From positions 99,792,950 through 99,856,949 of the forward strand of contig NC_068982.1 of the NCBI RefSeq assembly GCF_001194135.2: 64,000 nt of DNA, in the 5' to 3' direction. Shown here piece by piece: positions 40,991-55,306 of this stretch; within the stretch, counting starts at the first letter, position 1; each line of letters begins with the position of its first letter. The DNA comes from Octopus bimaculoides (lineage: Eukaryota). Below the pieces are notes generated by a model. It was not told where the DNA came from, ran no database searches, and worked only from the letters and a program-made list of their open reading frames with translations. The translations under genes and the position numbers were made by a program.

Positions 40991-42649
40991 TCTCTCTCAT
41001 TCCACACAACTACTGCATACTGGAGATTACCAACAAGTGTTTCTTCTCTAAGGTAATTCATTACCTGTAACAAGTTAGATTAGAGAGGGATGATTTGACA
41101 ACCTGGAGAATAGTAACAGAGAATAAAGACTCACCAGCTCCTTGAGAATGTTTCATTAAGATCCTCATTGTAATGTATGACTTTGTGGTGCAAACTAGTG
41201 AAAATTAATTCTAACATTGACATGTGCACTCAATTCCGGTATTGCAACTTGGTTAAGCTTTACATTGTTTTTGATATTATTCCAACCAAAAATGCACAAC
41301 TGCATCTGCATTCTCAAGGTCAAAACAAGCTACTAAGTACAGCTATTTAACAATGGCAGGATGCTATCTGATATTAACTTAGCAGGAAACTAGAAACATT
41401 ATAATAAGAGAAATTATTTGTAATTATTGGCCCAAGAAAGGTGTGTATAATTGCATCCACTTTAGACTGGATAGTCTTGAACAAGACGCTAATCAATTTC
41501 TTTTGACTTGTTTGTCAGACAATACAAAGAACTTTGAGCTATTCGGTCTTGACAGGTCACTCTAGCAAGCAATCTTATAAAATTCTGGACCTATTCACCT
41601 AAACAAGATCATTAAAACCAAGCAAAAGATTGGCCAACCACATATATACTTAGAATAAATAAGCTCATAGAAAAATTTCAGATTTTGGTTGCTCAACCTG
41701 CTACAAACAGCCTAATCTCCCTCAAATTACACCCTAACATCTCAAAACATGGAAGATATATTGGATAATATGACCTCTGATATACAAAAAGACGGGTTGG
41801 TCATGGCTAGAATGCCTTTGGTCATAAGTTTGCCAATCAGGGCTGACCTGAGAATATACAGTAACAACTAGTTGGCTTAGCAGAGAAAACATTTAATTTA
41901 TTTTAATGTAATTTGTAAAACATTTCTATAAAATATTATAACATGAAAAAAGATGATAGAAATCTATTTTCAGACCAGAAAATATTGATTTTGAAGTATT
42001 TGATTTATCCAGTTTGGAGATAATGTAGGAGACATTATTTGGAAGGCAAAATGACATAAAATATGTTTTACTTTATTCATAGGTTAACAAAATAGTAAAA
42101 TATTTATTTTATCCTTATCCATATTCTTTCATTTCTCGTTAAACCAATTGATTATATAGAATTCAGAATACTTTCTTTTTTATTCTTGTATTTTATCTCA
42201 GAGATTTGTCTATGAGCTTATTCTAAATCCTTCCTTAGGCTAGCCAGACTATTTCTGCAATAAATTAATACTCAGTTTGCATTACTTGCTCACATCATTT
42301 TAATACTTTATTCTTCCCATTTGATCACATCACTTAGATTGTCTTTCACTTCTTTCTTTCAAGCTAACACGAGTTAAACTTCTGCTAATATAGATATTTG
42401 CTGAAACTGTTGTTGTATAATATTTTTCAACTTGAATGCTTTTCTTAATGCAAACCACTCTGTTAAGCAACTGATGGAGTAGCTATTTTCAGCCTGGTTA
42501 AGTGAGGTCAGTAATGTGACTTGTCTAAAGCTACTATCCTTCAATGATGGTACAGCTTCAATAAGAAAGGCAATTTGGGTGAAAGTGATGTATCCAAGAG
42601 GCATACTTAGCAGCTATCTTAGTAATAGTAGACAAGCTAGCTGAGCAGA

Positions 42650-43010
42650 TACACACACCGACAGTACATACAACCTTACATACACCAATACACACACAAG
42701 TACACATATATCACTTACTTCATAGCTACACATAAAGCACTACGTATTCAAGAACATACTCGCATATACCACCTTAAACACAACTACACATACACCATTC
42801 ACACTTCTACCACCACATACACCACTATACAATTATATACACACTATTACACATGCAAATACTCATATTTTATTACTCATACAAGTATATATACATACAC
42901 TATTTTACACGCAACTATATATGCACTATTGTATACACCACTACATATACAAAACTACATATATACCATTACATACACCACTATACCACATACAACATGT
43001 GCACCACTAC
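42650..43010. repeat. Degenerate AC-rich tandem array (tacaccactatac-like units)
   Basis: Visible low-complexity periodicity. Confidence 0.7.
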
Positions 43011-44512
43011 AAGCCAATGACAAGGCTTTTATGTGATCACTAAACTTAATACTACACTTCACAGTTTTATGGAAAAAAAAAAAAGGAAGAAGCACATTGG
43101 ACAAGGATGGCCATAGTTGGGATCACTTTCAATATGGGTTTGCTCAATAGAGCTGACAAAGGGCTGAACAACAACACACACCACTCTACATATATATACA
43201 TGCCATTAAGCATCCTACAATATATTTGAGACCATTATACACTCTACTACACACACAACCGAAAGTCATCACACCCACCAGAGATGCTAGAAAATGGATA
43301 CTTGTAAAGAAAATATGAAACTTGAGTGCAAGTGTACTATTAGGGTATTTTGAAGACCGTGTGTGTGTGTGCGTGTGAAAGAGAGAGAGAAGAGAGACCA
43401 CACCATGTGCACACAATAAGTCTAGATTCAGCTTGCCTGCTAAAACGGCATACTTTGCCAAATTCAATATAGTTTAACATGAGTTGCCTATCTCAGTGAA
43501 TGAAGCTCTACAATCATTGCTATTGACTATCAGAAACATCATTTGAAATCATAAAATTCAGCTCAATGATCCAGCAATTCACCACTCAACCATTGTGGCT
43601 CTTATTTGTGTTAACTTTTCTTCAAAAGTTTCGCCCCCTCTTCTTGGGTTGTATCATATTCGCTTTACTGTTTCATAATACTATTTCACTGCAGACACAA
43701 TAAATCACACACCATCACCATTTATATCATACTGGAACAGAGAACAAAACTCCTGATAACACACATACATACTCATACAAATGTTTCCTTTCTTTTGACA
43801 TTCCAAAAAGGCCTTTCTTTTTACAAACAATAGTGCTTTTCTGAAAGTTCTGTGGGGTGAAAGGTTTGCAAATAGCCTGACTTATCATTTAAACTGGGAG
43901 GAGTTAGTTAGTTGGCTTACAATAGAGATATGCCAGTTGGACTTGTCCTATTAACTTTCAGCACTTCAATTCATAACACAGAATTTAATCCAGTAGCATA
44001 ATAGATAACACACAAATACATCATTGAATACATTTGTTTTTGATAGTAGTTGTTAAGGTTATACTAATTCAAAGATTAAATTGTACCTTTATCAATAGAT
44101 CCCTATAATCATATGTCATATGCCCCAACCAGTTTTTTAACTGAAATGATTCTTGATTCTCTACCAACAGCTGCTTAAACCAATATATATTATTGAAGTT
44201 CAATGTACTAGAGTACAGGGAAATAAAGAGACATTTAATACTAATCACAAGAATAAAGATTAAGGAAGGACTATTATGTCAAGAGAATTACTTGTGAAAA
44301 TTAAGTGAGAAAATATTAGAAAAAAATGGGAAATAATGAAAACCAAGTAGATCAGGAAGAGAGAGAAAGGAACTGGCCAATATAGATTTAACTAAGGAGA
44401 GAATAACTGGCAAGAGATTAAAAGACACGCCCATTCAAAGAACTCACACACTGAAGTGTACAAAAATAAGTTACATGATGATGTTAATGAGGGTTAGAAG
44501 TGATATACTTAC

Positions 44513-44974
44513 TGAGTGGTGGAGTTGTTCCTTCCATCATACCATTTGCAGTTGCAGGAGTAGAAGCTGCCCGTGGCTTTGATATATGGTTGTTTTCAAT
44601 GTCATTGACTATTAGAGGAGTTAGAGGAACAGAATGATCAAAATTAGGCTGGGATTCTGACTTGGGGTGGGGAGTGGATTCATGAGGTTCGGATTTCTGT
44701 GATTGTTTATCACAAACGGTTTCCTCTTTTTGTAACTTAACAGGGGATATAATTTGCTCAGTCTCCACGCCTGATAACGATTTGTCTTTGGCTAAATCAT
44801 TATTAGGATCAGTGGCTGGAAATGCTTTAGCTGGCTGTTCATTTGCCGGAGTAGTTTCTCTGCTTGCAGAGCCTATAGAACGATTAGAAGAGCGTTTTGA
44901 AGATCTTTCTAAGTAATCCCTTGACTGTGTCTCATTTTCTCCATTTACATCTTTTGCTTTACTTTGCTTTTGAC
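44513..44974 (-). CDS. Large internal coding exon (462 nt, phase 1-1), Ser/Thr/Pro/Glu-rich, probably disordered
   Basis: Acceptor gcaattttattttcag| and donor CTCA|gtaagt. 154 codons without a stop: xQKQSKAKDVNGENETQSRDYLERSSKRSSNRSIGSASRETTP...ANGMMEGTTPPL. Extends the listed ORF 44484-44768 upstream to the acceptor. Confidence 0.88.
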
Positions 44975-45680
44975 CTGAAAATAAAATTGCATAAGACTGT
45001 TGTATTTATCTTTTCACAATTTAAAAAAAAAAAACAATTTTAAAGTTTATAACAGATCTTACATAACAATATCTTAATATAACTTTTCTCTTATTTAAAT
45101 TCTTTTTTTTTTTTTGCAAAATTTATAACATAAAAAAATAATGATTAAATAAGCATGAATTAAGAATAACAGAATCAAGCATCTAATTCAAAAATCCAAT
45201 TCATTAGTTGAAACAATGTAATTCCAGGAATCAGTAGTCCAAGAGCTTTGCATAATTTAGCTATGATGCTACTCATTGCAGTGAAAAATAATTTTCACTT
45301 TCACTTGAAGCACCATTTCTTTGAAAATAATAGAATTCCAGGCAAAAACAAAGCTTTAACTTAAGGTGGGAAGCCTGGAAGAATTGTCTCTAAGTATCAG
45401 AGATGACTGACTGACAGAAACCAGAAAGAAAAAAAAAAGATTTCAGCTCTAAATAATTTTGGAATGATAACTGCAGATGAATGAGACTGCAAAACTTCAC
45501 TTTGTTTATTGAAACCAATTAATTCAAACTTAATTATGTCAGTTTAAAAATATGTATTTCCATTGTTTTTTTAAATTTATGAGAAAGACAAAAATCAAAG
45601 AAACACTAGTTTAAGGTGTTAATCAGATTGAGAATCCTTTTAAACATGAATAACTCATTTAAGTGGGATCAGTGTATCAT

Positions 45681-45830
45681 GAAGGGAGGCTTATTTGCAT
45701 TTAGTTAAGCTGGGTAGATTAATTTTACCTCACGTGAGGAGAGTTACATGCATTTAGCTAAGCTAGGTAGATTCATTTAACCTTAGATGAAGGAGAGTTA
45801 CTTGCATTTAGCTGAACTAGCAAGATTAAA
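45681..45830. repeat. Minisatellite, about 3 x 53-54 bp
   Basis: Core gcatttag(c/t)t(a/g)a(g/a)ct(a/g)g recurs at 45697, 45750 and 45804. Confidence 0.8.
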
Positions 45831-47338
45831 TTAATAACAAGCATATTTTATCTTAAATAAGTAGGAAATAACAGTTTATACCTTTCATATGAACATTAGT
45901 AATCTATGGAATATAGAAAGAGTGGTATAAGCAACTCAGAACTTGACTTTATTCTTAAATTCTATTTTATATCTGTTGTGATAAATGAATAAACTTTACA
46001 AATTTTTAATTTCTTAAATCAATTTTTGCTTTTGTCCACAAAATCAGTTTAATATTTAGGAAAAAATATCAGTGAATATTCTGGAAATTATTTGTACACA
46101 ACTATATCAACACTTTGACTCTTTTGTACTTAAAAACTCACTTCTTCCAATTATCTTCAGAAATTGTCCCTGTGTTTTTGCAGTGCCAATTAAGAATAAT
46201 TTTGGGAAAGATGCATAGCAAGTTATGACTCCAGAATGTAGAAAGCACTGCTAATGGCCATTAGGAAATCTTAAAGAATTGCAGGCTTCAAATAGAAACT
46301 TTAAGCTTTTTCTTGGCTGACTCAGAATATTTTTTTAACTTTCAGATGTTTTGCTTTCACCACCTTGCAGAGCACAGTACTTTAGCACCAACTTTTGGAT
46401 CAGCTTGCAGGGTAGAAGCTGTGCACTGTAAATGCTTCTTCATCATCTCCACCACCACCAACACCGCCATCATTGCTGCACCACCACTGCCACAACTACT
46501 GCTGTTGCTGCTGCCATTACCACCATCAAATTACATCATAGTAATTCCTAATTTTTGGTTTTAGACTTTTATTAAATACTGTTAACTTATTTAAACACAG
46601 AGTAAGTTCCCAAAGTTACATGAATTATCTTGCATTTTGGGGGATGCTATTTGTCCTGGTTTATACAAAACTACCAAAACTTTTTAATTGTTATTTCTCC
46701 ACTAAAAACAAAATGGCTAAATACTTCGAAAATCACTGAATATTCTGGGACTTAGTTTCACTCAAAGATATTATACCTACCACCAAACACATCAAGATTC
46801 ATCTTTACTTAAGTAAGGCTCCTCTTTACTTAACAGACTTCTTTCAATCAATTTTAGAAAATGTTCCTATTTTTATTTCAAAACATGTTTGTTCAACCCA
46901 AGGGAATATAAAACAATGAACATAAAAATGAACCTACTACACCAAATAAATAAGTATATGAATAAACAAGCACAAATGGCTTCTTCAGTTTTTGTAATGT
47001 TTCCTACTGTATGGAGCTTGGTTATATTTAATCTAAACTGACATACTTTTACTGAATGTTGAGCAGTTGTTTTTCATTAAAAATTACCACATAATTTTAT
47101 AATTTATAAACTGACATGAACTGATAACTGAGTTTTCCTACTTGAAGCCAAGAATTCTTGCAACTCCTCTTAAAAAGTTACAAATCTCAACTCTTGAAAT
47201 ATATCATTTGTGTATGTATATGTGTACTCTGTAATTTGGGTAAAAATTGCTGTCTTTAGATTTATTCTAGAGTATGTAGTGCAATTACTTTATGAATTTC
47301 CAAATATAAACCAACTTGTCAGGATGTACTTATAAATA

Positions 47339-47381
<43 letters not shown>

Positions 47382-48490
47382 GTGTATGTGCACATGCATG
47401 TGTTTCCATGTACAGGAATGGATAATTTAAATAATGTTGCTCAAAGAAACAAACAAGATATCTTTTATACCTCATTGTAATAATTGCATACTTTGAATGA
47501 AAAACAAAAGAAAACAGAACAGAATTCTTCATAAGAAAAAAATAATTCCAGATGTTAACAGAATATCATTTTATAATTGTACAGATAAATAAGGGTTTAT
47601 AATATAAATTTAAGGTTTCTAATGCTTATACTGGTCAGTCTGTTTCTTCCATTATTCAAACTTATGGAATCAATTGGACTTTTTCCAAAACTCTGTGGAA
47701 GAGAGCCAAGTTTTGTTCAAGTACTGCCAGAAGTAACTAGTTTACACCTTTTTTTGTGATTGCTTTTTTTTTTATTTTTTAAAATTTCTAAAGAAAGACT
47801 TTATGTTACTTCAATACAACAGAAAATATGTGGCATGAAGCATTTGGAGAAGATTCAAAAATTTAAATTTACAGGACATAAGAACACTTTCAATTTTATT
47901 CCTAAGTAAATAAATAAAATAATTTAGCTTAATCAACTCAAAGACAATGCCCCAACATGGCTTTAGCCATGGTGACTAAAGCTAAAGAACTAAAGACATA
48001 TATTTTACAATTCCTTAGTAGTAAGTTCTATGTTGGAAGTGACAATTATAAAGAGATACTACAGGTTACCTATTACCTATATAATGGTACATAAAACGTT
48101 GCTATGATGCACTAAATACAATGAAACTATCATCATCTGCTAACTTGGTATACTGCCAGGTATGTTCTCATCATTACTATACTTATGACTTGTAAAAGCA
48201 ACATCTGGCTTGATGGAATTTATATTAAACTCCAAGTGTCATATGTGAAGTCTTGAAACGAAGAACTCATATTTCATTGTTTCAAATCTGCAGAAATGAT
48301 TTATAAAACAAAAATATGAGAATATAAAGAAAAAGCCAAAATTAAATACAAACTTTTTCTCACGCAGAAATTATATTTACACACATGCACTATTTGTCCT
48401 ATGTAACATGACCATATTATCCAAACTAAAGTTTCATTCAATATCCATTTGTTTGAATGTATACTTCAGTAGATGGAGAATATATATATA

Positions 48491-48971
48491 TGAGGGTGAG
48501 TCATCAACTATCTGCAATGCACATACATTTACTTCTTGTGAGAAGACTAGTCCTTGTGATGCAAGTTTAAACTTGAAACACCAATTAAATTGTTGTTATT
48601 GCCCATTAAGCACAGTCACTTCTTTTTCTGCTAGCTCTCGAGAAGTGCAACATTCATAAATCCTGTAGGATGAAAGTGTATCACTGGCAAAAATCCATTG
48701 AAGTGTGCAGAAATAGTGCTTTGCCATGACAAATTGTGTACAAATAGATTGAAAAGTTCAAAAATTGATCACTGGTGATCCTCTTCTTCAGTGCATCAAA
48801 AAGTGGAATGGCCATGGTTAATGTAATAATAAACTTAATTAACAACTCAAGTTCAAATCTGCACAGTAGTGACTAGAAAGAAACCATGACTAGCAATGCA
48901 TAGACAACTAATTCTCCTACCAAGAGGAAAAAGTGCATAAGTGATTGTGGATTATAAATGACTCACCCTCA
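48491..48971 (-). mobile_element. Mariner-like deletion derivative/MITE
   Basis: TIRs TA|TGAGGGTGAGTCAT and ATGACTCACCCTCA|TA. Internal minus-strand PLFDALKK remnant resembles the mariner transposase C-terminus. Confidence 0.8.
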
Positions 48972-49059
48972 TATAAATGAAATTTTGCAAGCATGGAAAA
49001 ATGGACATTAAATGATGACGATATGTGCATATTTACATGTATGTCTATGTATGTATATA

Positions 49060-49255
49060 TGAGGGGATGTTGAAAAGTGCCTGGCTTTAGGTAAATGAAA
49101 ATACAGGAGGATCAGTTAATTATGATTTTATCCAACATATTCCCCTCTAAGATTAACACACTTATTGCACTGGTCCTTCAGTTTTTCTAAGTCCTGTAAA
49201 AGAACTCAGACGGTTGGACCTCCAGCCAAGCTTTTCGCGATACCCTTAAAACTTT
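49060..49255 (+). mobile_element. Mariner-like terminal fragment
   Basis: TA|TGAGGGGATGTTGAAAAGTGCCTGGC resembles mariner-type TIRs; no partner end found. Confidence 0.5.
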
Positions 49256-49465
49256 TCAGGAACTTTTCAGTACATGTTATGTATAACATGTTAAGGCACC
49301 TTTTTGCATTTTGAAATCACAAATATATACTATATAAACATTATCAAACTTACAAAGTGTTTTGACAACTATGGGTGGTACTTTTCCATTCTTCAAAAAA
49401 AAAAAAAAATACATGGAAGACACACATATATACAAATACATACAAAGAAGACCTACATATACAAG

Positions 49466-49515
<50 letters not shown>

Positions 49516-52500
49516 GACATACACACATACATATATACATACATAAGCAAACACACATGCTCAGAATGTTTCAGCTGCTTTAAGACATTTGAAAAGTTGA
49601 AAATAAGCAAATAAAAATTAGAGGCATTGTTTTGCCATAGAATCTTCTGTTACACTGGAACTGTCAGTTCCAGGGAAGAGATTACTACTACTAGTGTTCT
49701 ACTATATCAGTGGTATAGAAAATCAAATCATTGACCTATAAAACTCAGCCTCATTTCTGAAGAATATTTTCACAGAAGAAATCACATCTATTTGGTTGCA
49801 TATTTTAACAAGATACAGATATCAGTTCGTTTTTATTTATCTACCAAAGTATGGAAGCCTCTACATGGGTTGTTCGAACCACATGAAACACCAGCTAAAT
49901 GTACCTCGAATTTCATTGTACAATGTACAGAAAAAACAAACATTAAAAAATGACCAAATGAAGGCAGAAAGAGTTAATTAAGAAAAGACAGTATTTAATA
50001 CTTTCTAAATAAAATGGGTTGGAATATCTCTGATCATAGATCTACTCAATCAGAACTGACCTGAGGTCGAACAACAACATTTACTATGTTGAATTCCGGC
50101 ACAATAAGCAACAGATTCAAGTCTAGGTTGTCAAATTGCTAATTTTCTAGACGTTAGGTAATTTCCATTCTTTTCATTTTATTTTGTGCCAGTATTGTTA
50201 GTGCTATTGTGCTCCAAAATCATATATTTTAACAAATTAACTAATGGTTTCTGATAGCTAAAGTAGCTGACATTTGCAATGTCTTCTATTACTGTAGACA
50301 AGAAAAGAAAACCCTGTAAGTCCAAACGGTTGTTAATGGAACACCTATACATGACTGAAAAAAGCATTCTCTTTATAATCCTTGCAAGTTAAGACAAAAC
50401 TCACACTGCCTCTAATACCAATTCCCCTTAAAATCACACCCTGCTATCTTAATTTAGGAAAGACATGGGAAAATGTAGTACTACATATACACACACATAT
50501 GTTTCTGCCAATAATAATGATCGCTAGCATAGGAAGAAGGTCACAAATTTTGGGATAAGAGTTTAACCAATTAGGTATCAAAACCAGTACCTGATTGGTA
50601 TTCATTTCATCAATTCCAGAAGAATAAATTGCAAAACTGACATTGGCACATTTGAACTCAGAACTGAGAGAGACCTAACTAAATCCTGCATGGTATTACG
50701 TCTGTTACTTGACTGATTTTTGCCATTCACTAACCCTTTTATAATATTAATTTCTTTCACTAATACGAGATCACATATTTGGAGAGGGATGTACTGATTA
50801 AATCATCTCAAACAGTACCTCATAAGGCATGTCAAAGTTGGCTCAGGCAGAATATAACTACATACCACATGGCATTTTCTTCAAACAAAGCATGAAGCTC
50901 TATAATTTTTAAAGGAGAAGGTTACTCAAGATAAGATCAGGAAATCAAAAACCCACAACCACACTCCCCTCTGAATGTATAGTCTTCCAGCTCCAACCAT
51001 TGATGGATTTACTCTTCTTTTAATCCATACCAAATTCATCACTTTTCACCCAACTTTCATTAAATTTGCTGGAGTGCACAGCTTTTTTTACCTACTCTGA
51101 CCTTCAACCCCCAAGTGATACTTATTAAGTGATGAGCAATTCACAGGAAAGATAATAAAGAATTTTCTTCCTAGCTTTTTCTGTTTTAGCTTACTATACA
51201 ACCTCCTAGCCAAAACAAATAGAAAATTGGTCTGAAACTCTTAGTCCTAGGAAGACAGCAGTATGGCCTTCACGGTAAACTCAGTTTTTTTTTTTTTTCC
51301 ACAATTAAATTAATCCCTGTATTTGACTGGTATTTATTTTAGAAGCTAGAGAAGGATGAACAGCAAAGTTAACTTCTCACTACAACTGTAGAAGAGCTTG
51401 AACCAATGAAGGTGTCTCTATAAAGTCACTTGATTTGCTATGAGTATCAGCCAAATACTTTCATAAAATACTTAAAAAGTGAAGGACACATTGGTGATTG
51501 CAGTCCTAGATGAACGAAAAGACAGGTAGGTCACAGCTGAAATGCCTTTGATAACAAGTCTACCTAAACAGTTCTTAAATGACAATACTGTCTGAACATT
51601 AGTGGCAGACAGAATGACAAAAACATGCAGGCAATAATAATTACTGAAGTAATTACTTTATGCAGACACACATAGATGAAACAAACAGGAGCAAACACCA
51701 AATATCAGAATTATTAATATCAGTCAATCAGTGATTAATTCAACTGACTTTAAGCAAGAAGGGGCAATGAAAGTTGTGAGATATGTGTCTTCCTCAAGAA
51801 CAGTATTGATGTAGCCAGAAAGAAAATTGTGTCCTACACTTAGTTTAGCAAAAGAGCTTACATAAATATTCAGTCTCAAGGATGTAGGCATGGCTGTGTA
51901 GATGGATTCAGGTATGACTGAACTTCAGAGAAAAAACTAACGAAACCATTGCTTTTGAACAAAAACGCCTAGCGGTATTTGGTCTATCCAAGCAAGACAC
52001 TTTCTTGCCCTTTCCACCATCAGAAATTCAATGAACCAGTGTCTGCCTTGTTGGAAACTAATAATCAACAATGCTTATTGTTCACAAAATATGGTATAAA
52101 TAATTGAGTTAAAGATATCCAGCATCAAAGTCTGCCTTCTTTATTTGATATTGAGCACAATAAACAGTATTTATCAGTGGATGGGAGGTTGTAATGAAGT
52201 TCATAAAAGGGTTAAATAGAAGATGTTTCATGAATATTTCAAGCAAGAGTGGTTTGGTGTATGTGCAATATTTTGGCCAGAGTCTAGAATAAAATCCAAG
52301 CTACAGACTTAATTATTCAAGACCTTATTTTCATATAACACTAGAAAAATTATCTATTACTAAATTTGTATCTTATGTTTTGAAAAATGTAAATTCTTAG
52401 GAGTCTTGAGATTTTTGTAACATGGATATGTGATAAGAAGTTTGCATTGCAACCACATGGTTCCAGATTCCATCTCTATTTCTTGAACTGACTAACAGAT

Positions 52501-53415
52501 TGATTAATGTCTCTTGTGAGTGAAAATTAGTTTGCAGATACTGTGCTACATGATTTTTCATGCTGGCATGAGTTGGATAGGTTATTTGCATGCACATGCA
52601 TGGTGTGTGTGTGTGGGGGGGGGTCGTAATTATATATTCCAATGTAAATACTTTTTGTTATTAAATGCCTGTAAAATGAATGCAACTCAGATCAACTTAG
52701 CTATTCAATAAATAGATATTGATAAAAAGAGCACCAGATTACTAAGGTTGATAAACTTAACTAAAAACCCTTGAAGACAGTTAGTTCCCTAGTGTAGCCA
52801 ATGATTGAAACAAGTAAAGCTTGTTATAATCCATCTTCATTAAAAGCACTGTACCACATCAGCTATGACTTTGTTTTTCAGCCGTGTTATTAAAGTGCAA
52901 GATTACTGTGAACATATGGTTACAGTGCTTAAACATGACTACTACAGTCATTATGTATCTCTTGGGCAAGGAGTATAATATTGTTTATTTCAGCTGTCCA
53001 ACAGAAAAAGCCAAGCCCCACATCTACTTTATGGTATAGTTAGAATTAGAAAGAGAATTTTGTTATTATTTTACATTTATTTTTTCCATACTATGATGAT
53101 GAACAGCTGGGTTATTTTTATTGAAGCATTTTATTTTTTATTATGTACCTTTTTAATTTTTCACAGCCAGAAGTTCTTTACATCCCAACCATTCAACTAT
53201 GAAATGGGATTAGGTTCTATTTATGACACTCACATAAACTGGAGCATGAAAAACTTTGTGCCTTATTCAGGGGCCACATTGCACAGACCCTGGCAATATA
53301 TAGTATATAGCCTTGATAGAACAACCATTGAAACCATTATGAGAACCGACCCACTTCTTGCTTTGAAAGAATGAGATATTTTTAAAAGTTAGTAAGTAAA
53401 GGAGGGGCAGTGACA

Positions 53416-53471
53416 TCAGTAGACTCTCCCAAATTGACGAGACTGATGCTGCTGATATCCAGCATTAACAT
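53416..53471 (-). CDS. Candidate alternative terminal exon: (D)VNAGYQQHQSRQFGRVY*
   Basis: Acceptor gtttattttgcag|. Phase-1 frame is open to TGA, followed by ~700 bp of repeat-free sequence with AATAAA (minus strand) at 53130-53135 and 53076-53081. Confidence 0.42.
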
Positions 53472-53549
53472 CTGCAAAATAAACATGAACAAAAAGAAAA
53501 TGAGGGGAGTGTCTGGAGTGATGGATTGCAACTGACTAAACTCCATTAA

Positions 53550-53769
53550 CCTTTGAGCATTTAAACTGGCCGTATCTGGCCCAAATATTTTAGCTGCTTT
53601 GTGCTTAAACCAGTCAGATCTGGCATCTCACACTTATTCCATAATGTCATTCTAAAAATAAGCAATCATATTGTTGAAATTTCAAAGCTATGAGATAATA
53701 CATGATTAATTCAAAACACTGTGAATAAATAAGTATTGTATTTGACAGAATAATCAAAATGCTAAAGGG
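53550..53769. mobile_element. piggyBac-type MITE (family 1)
   Basis: TTAA|CCTTTGAGCATT ... AATGCTAAAGGG|TTAA. Confidence 0.72.
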
Positions 53770-53979
53770 TTAAACAAACCCAAAGACCAGGTGATGATCT
53801 TCACCAAAGACATAAAACAACTACTTTGTCAAAGACATTTCCACTTAATTGCTTATTATATCCCAATTCCAATACTTATCTGCTTTCATCAATAAAAAAA
53901 ATCACTTAATTAACTGAACTGCTACTGGACTGAGTGCTAATTCTTAATACATCCAAGGAACATAAACAAAGTGGTCATG

Positions 53980-54165
53980 GAGGACAAACACAAAAACACA
54001 CACAAACACACACACATACAATGGCCTTCCTTCAGTTTCTATCTATCAAATCCACTCAACCTAGAGTTATAGTGGAAGACACTTGCTCAAGTGCCATGCA
54101 GTGAAAATGAACCAGGAACCATGTGGTTGGACAGTAAACCTCTTACCACACAGCCATGCCTGTTC
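53980..54165 (-). mobile_element. SINE family B copy
   Basis: Complement of the 7161 copy including its head (...ttaccacacagccatgcc). Confidence 0.75.
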
Positions 54166-54462
54166 AGAACCAGCATAAGTTGTCTTCCTATGTTTTTTTT
54201 TTTTGGGGGGGGGGGGGGGATTAAATATGAACCAGTAATGCAATTGAACTAATTCAGTGGATTATACTCAATCTTTGTTAATTATTTAATGAAAGGATTA
54301 GTGTGATATTGTGATGTGGTAGGAAGTTCTCTACAAATGAAAATCAGTTCTACCTAGGAATCAAGACGTTGCTAATGTAAATAAGAAGGTTACAGATTTC
54401 ACCATTTCTTAATTCCTCTCTTCAAACTTCAATCTTTACTCATTTGCAAATATACATATATA

Positions 54463-54512
54463 TATACTTCTGATAATATATATGTTTATATATATATATT
54501 ATCAGAAGTATA
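54463..54512. repeat. Perfect ~20-bp inverted repeat around an (AT)n centre
   Basis: tatacttctgataatatata ... tatatattatcagaagtata. Confidence 0.9.
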
Positions 54513-55306
54513 ACCACTAACAACAATGAATATCACAAAATGCTTTTTCTAAGTTAAAAAGAGATAAAAGCTATAATATAGAATAAGAAATAAATCATTG
54601 AAGATATAATATAAATGCTAACTCATGCAAATATAATAAAACAAAAACAAAAGAAATGAGGGTAGCTACAAAAAAAAAATAATGGTCCCCTGAAGATATA
54701 TATTTTAAAAAAGAAAATATACACATTCCTGACAGTGCCTGGAGTGTAAAATTCTTATCTGTTGTATGAATCCTTGTAGGCCACCTAATCTCAAAGACTA
54801 CCTCCCTATTCCATTGCTTGAAAGAACATTCCTGGCACATTCAACATAGAAACAGTTTATATATTTATTTGTTCACGTGAAGAACTTCTTCACTGTCAGA
54901 AATATCAGCAAGGATTTACCAAACTAATAAGTCATCTTATTTACTAGATCAGCAGTTCCAGTTCTTTCAAGACTCAAGTAATTCTCTAAGGAAATGGAGT
55001 TTGTTTACCATTTATATTAAACACTGACAGATCATGATCTTTTTTTTCCCACCCCACAGAACAATTGTTTGTACAATATTTGAAGGAGAAGTTCTACGCT
55101 TAAATGATAATTATTTATTTAGACTATCACAACACAGCATAATTTTCTGAAATACTTATCACTTAGCCAAGAAAATTTTCAGATTTCATTTGTTTTTACT
55201 TGTTTTTTTTATTATTTCATTTAAAAAGGAAGGGTATTGCCCTTAAGCCTGTCAGATCCTTCTAAACCAAGAGATCAGGGAATGTAAAGATGTTTAATGA
55301 GATTAA

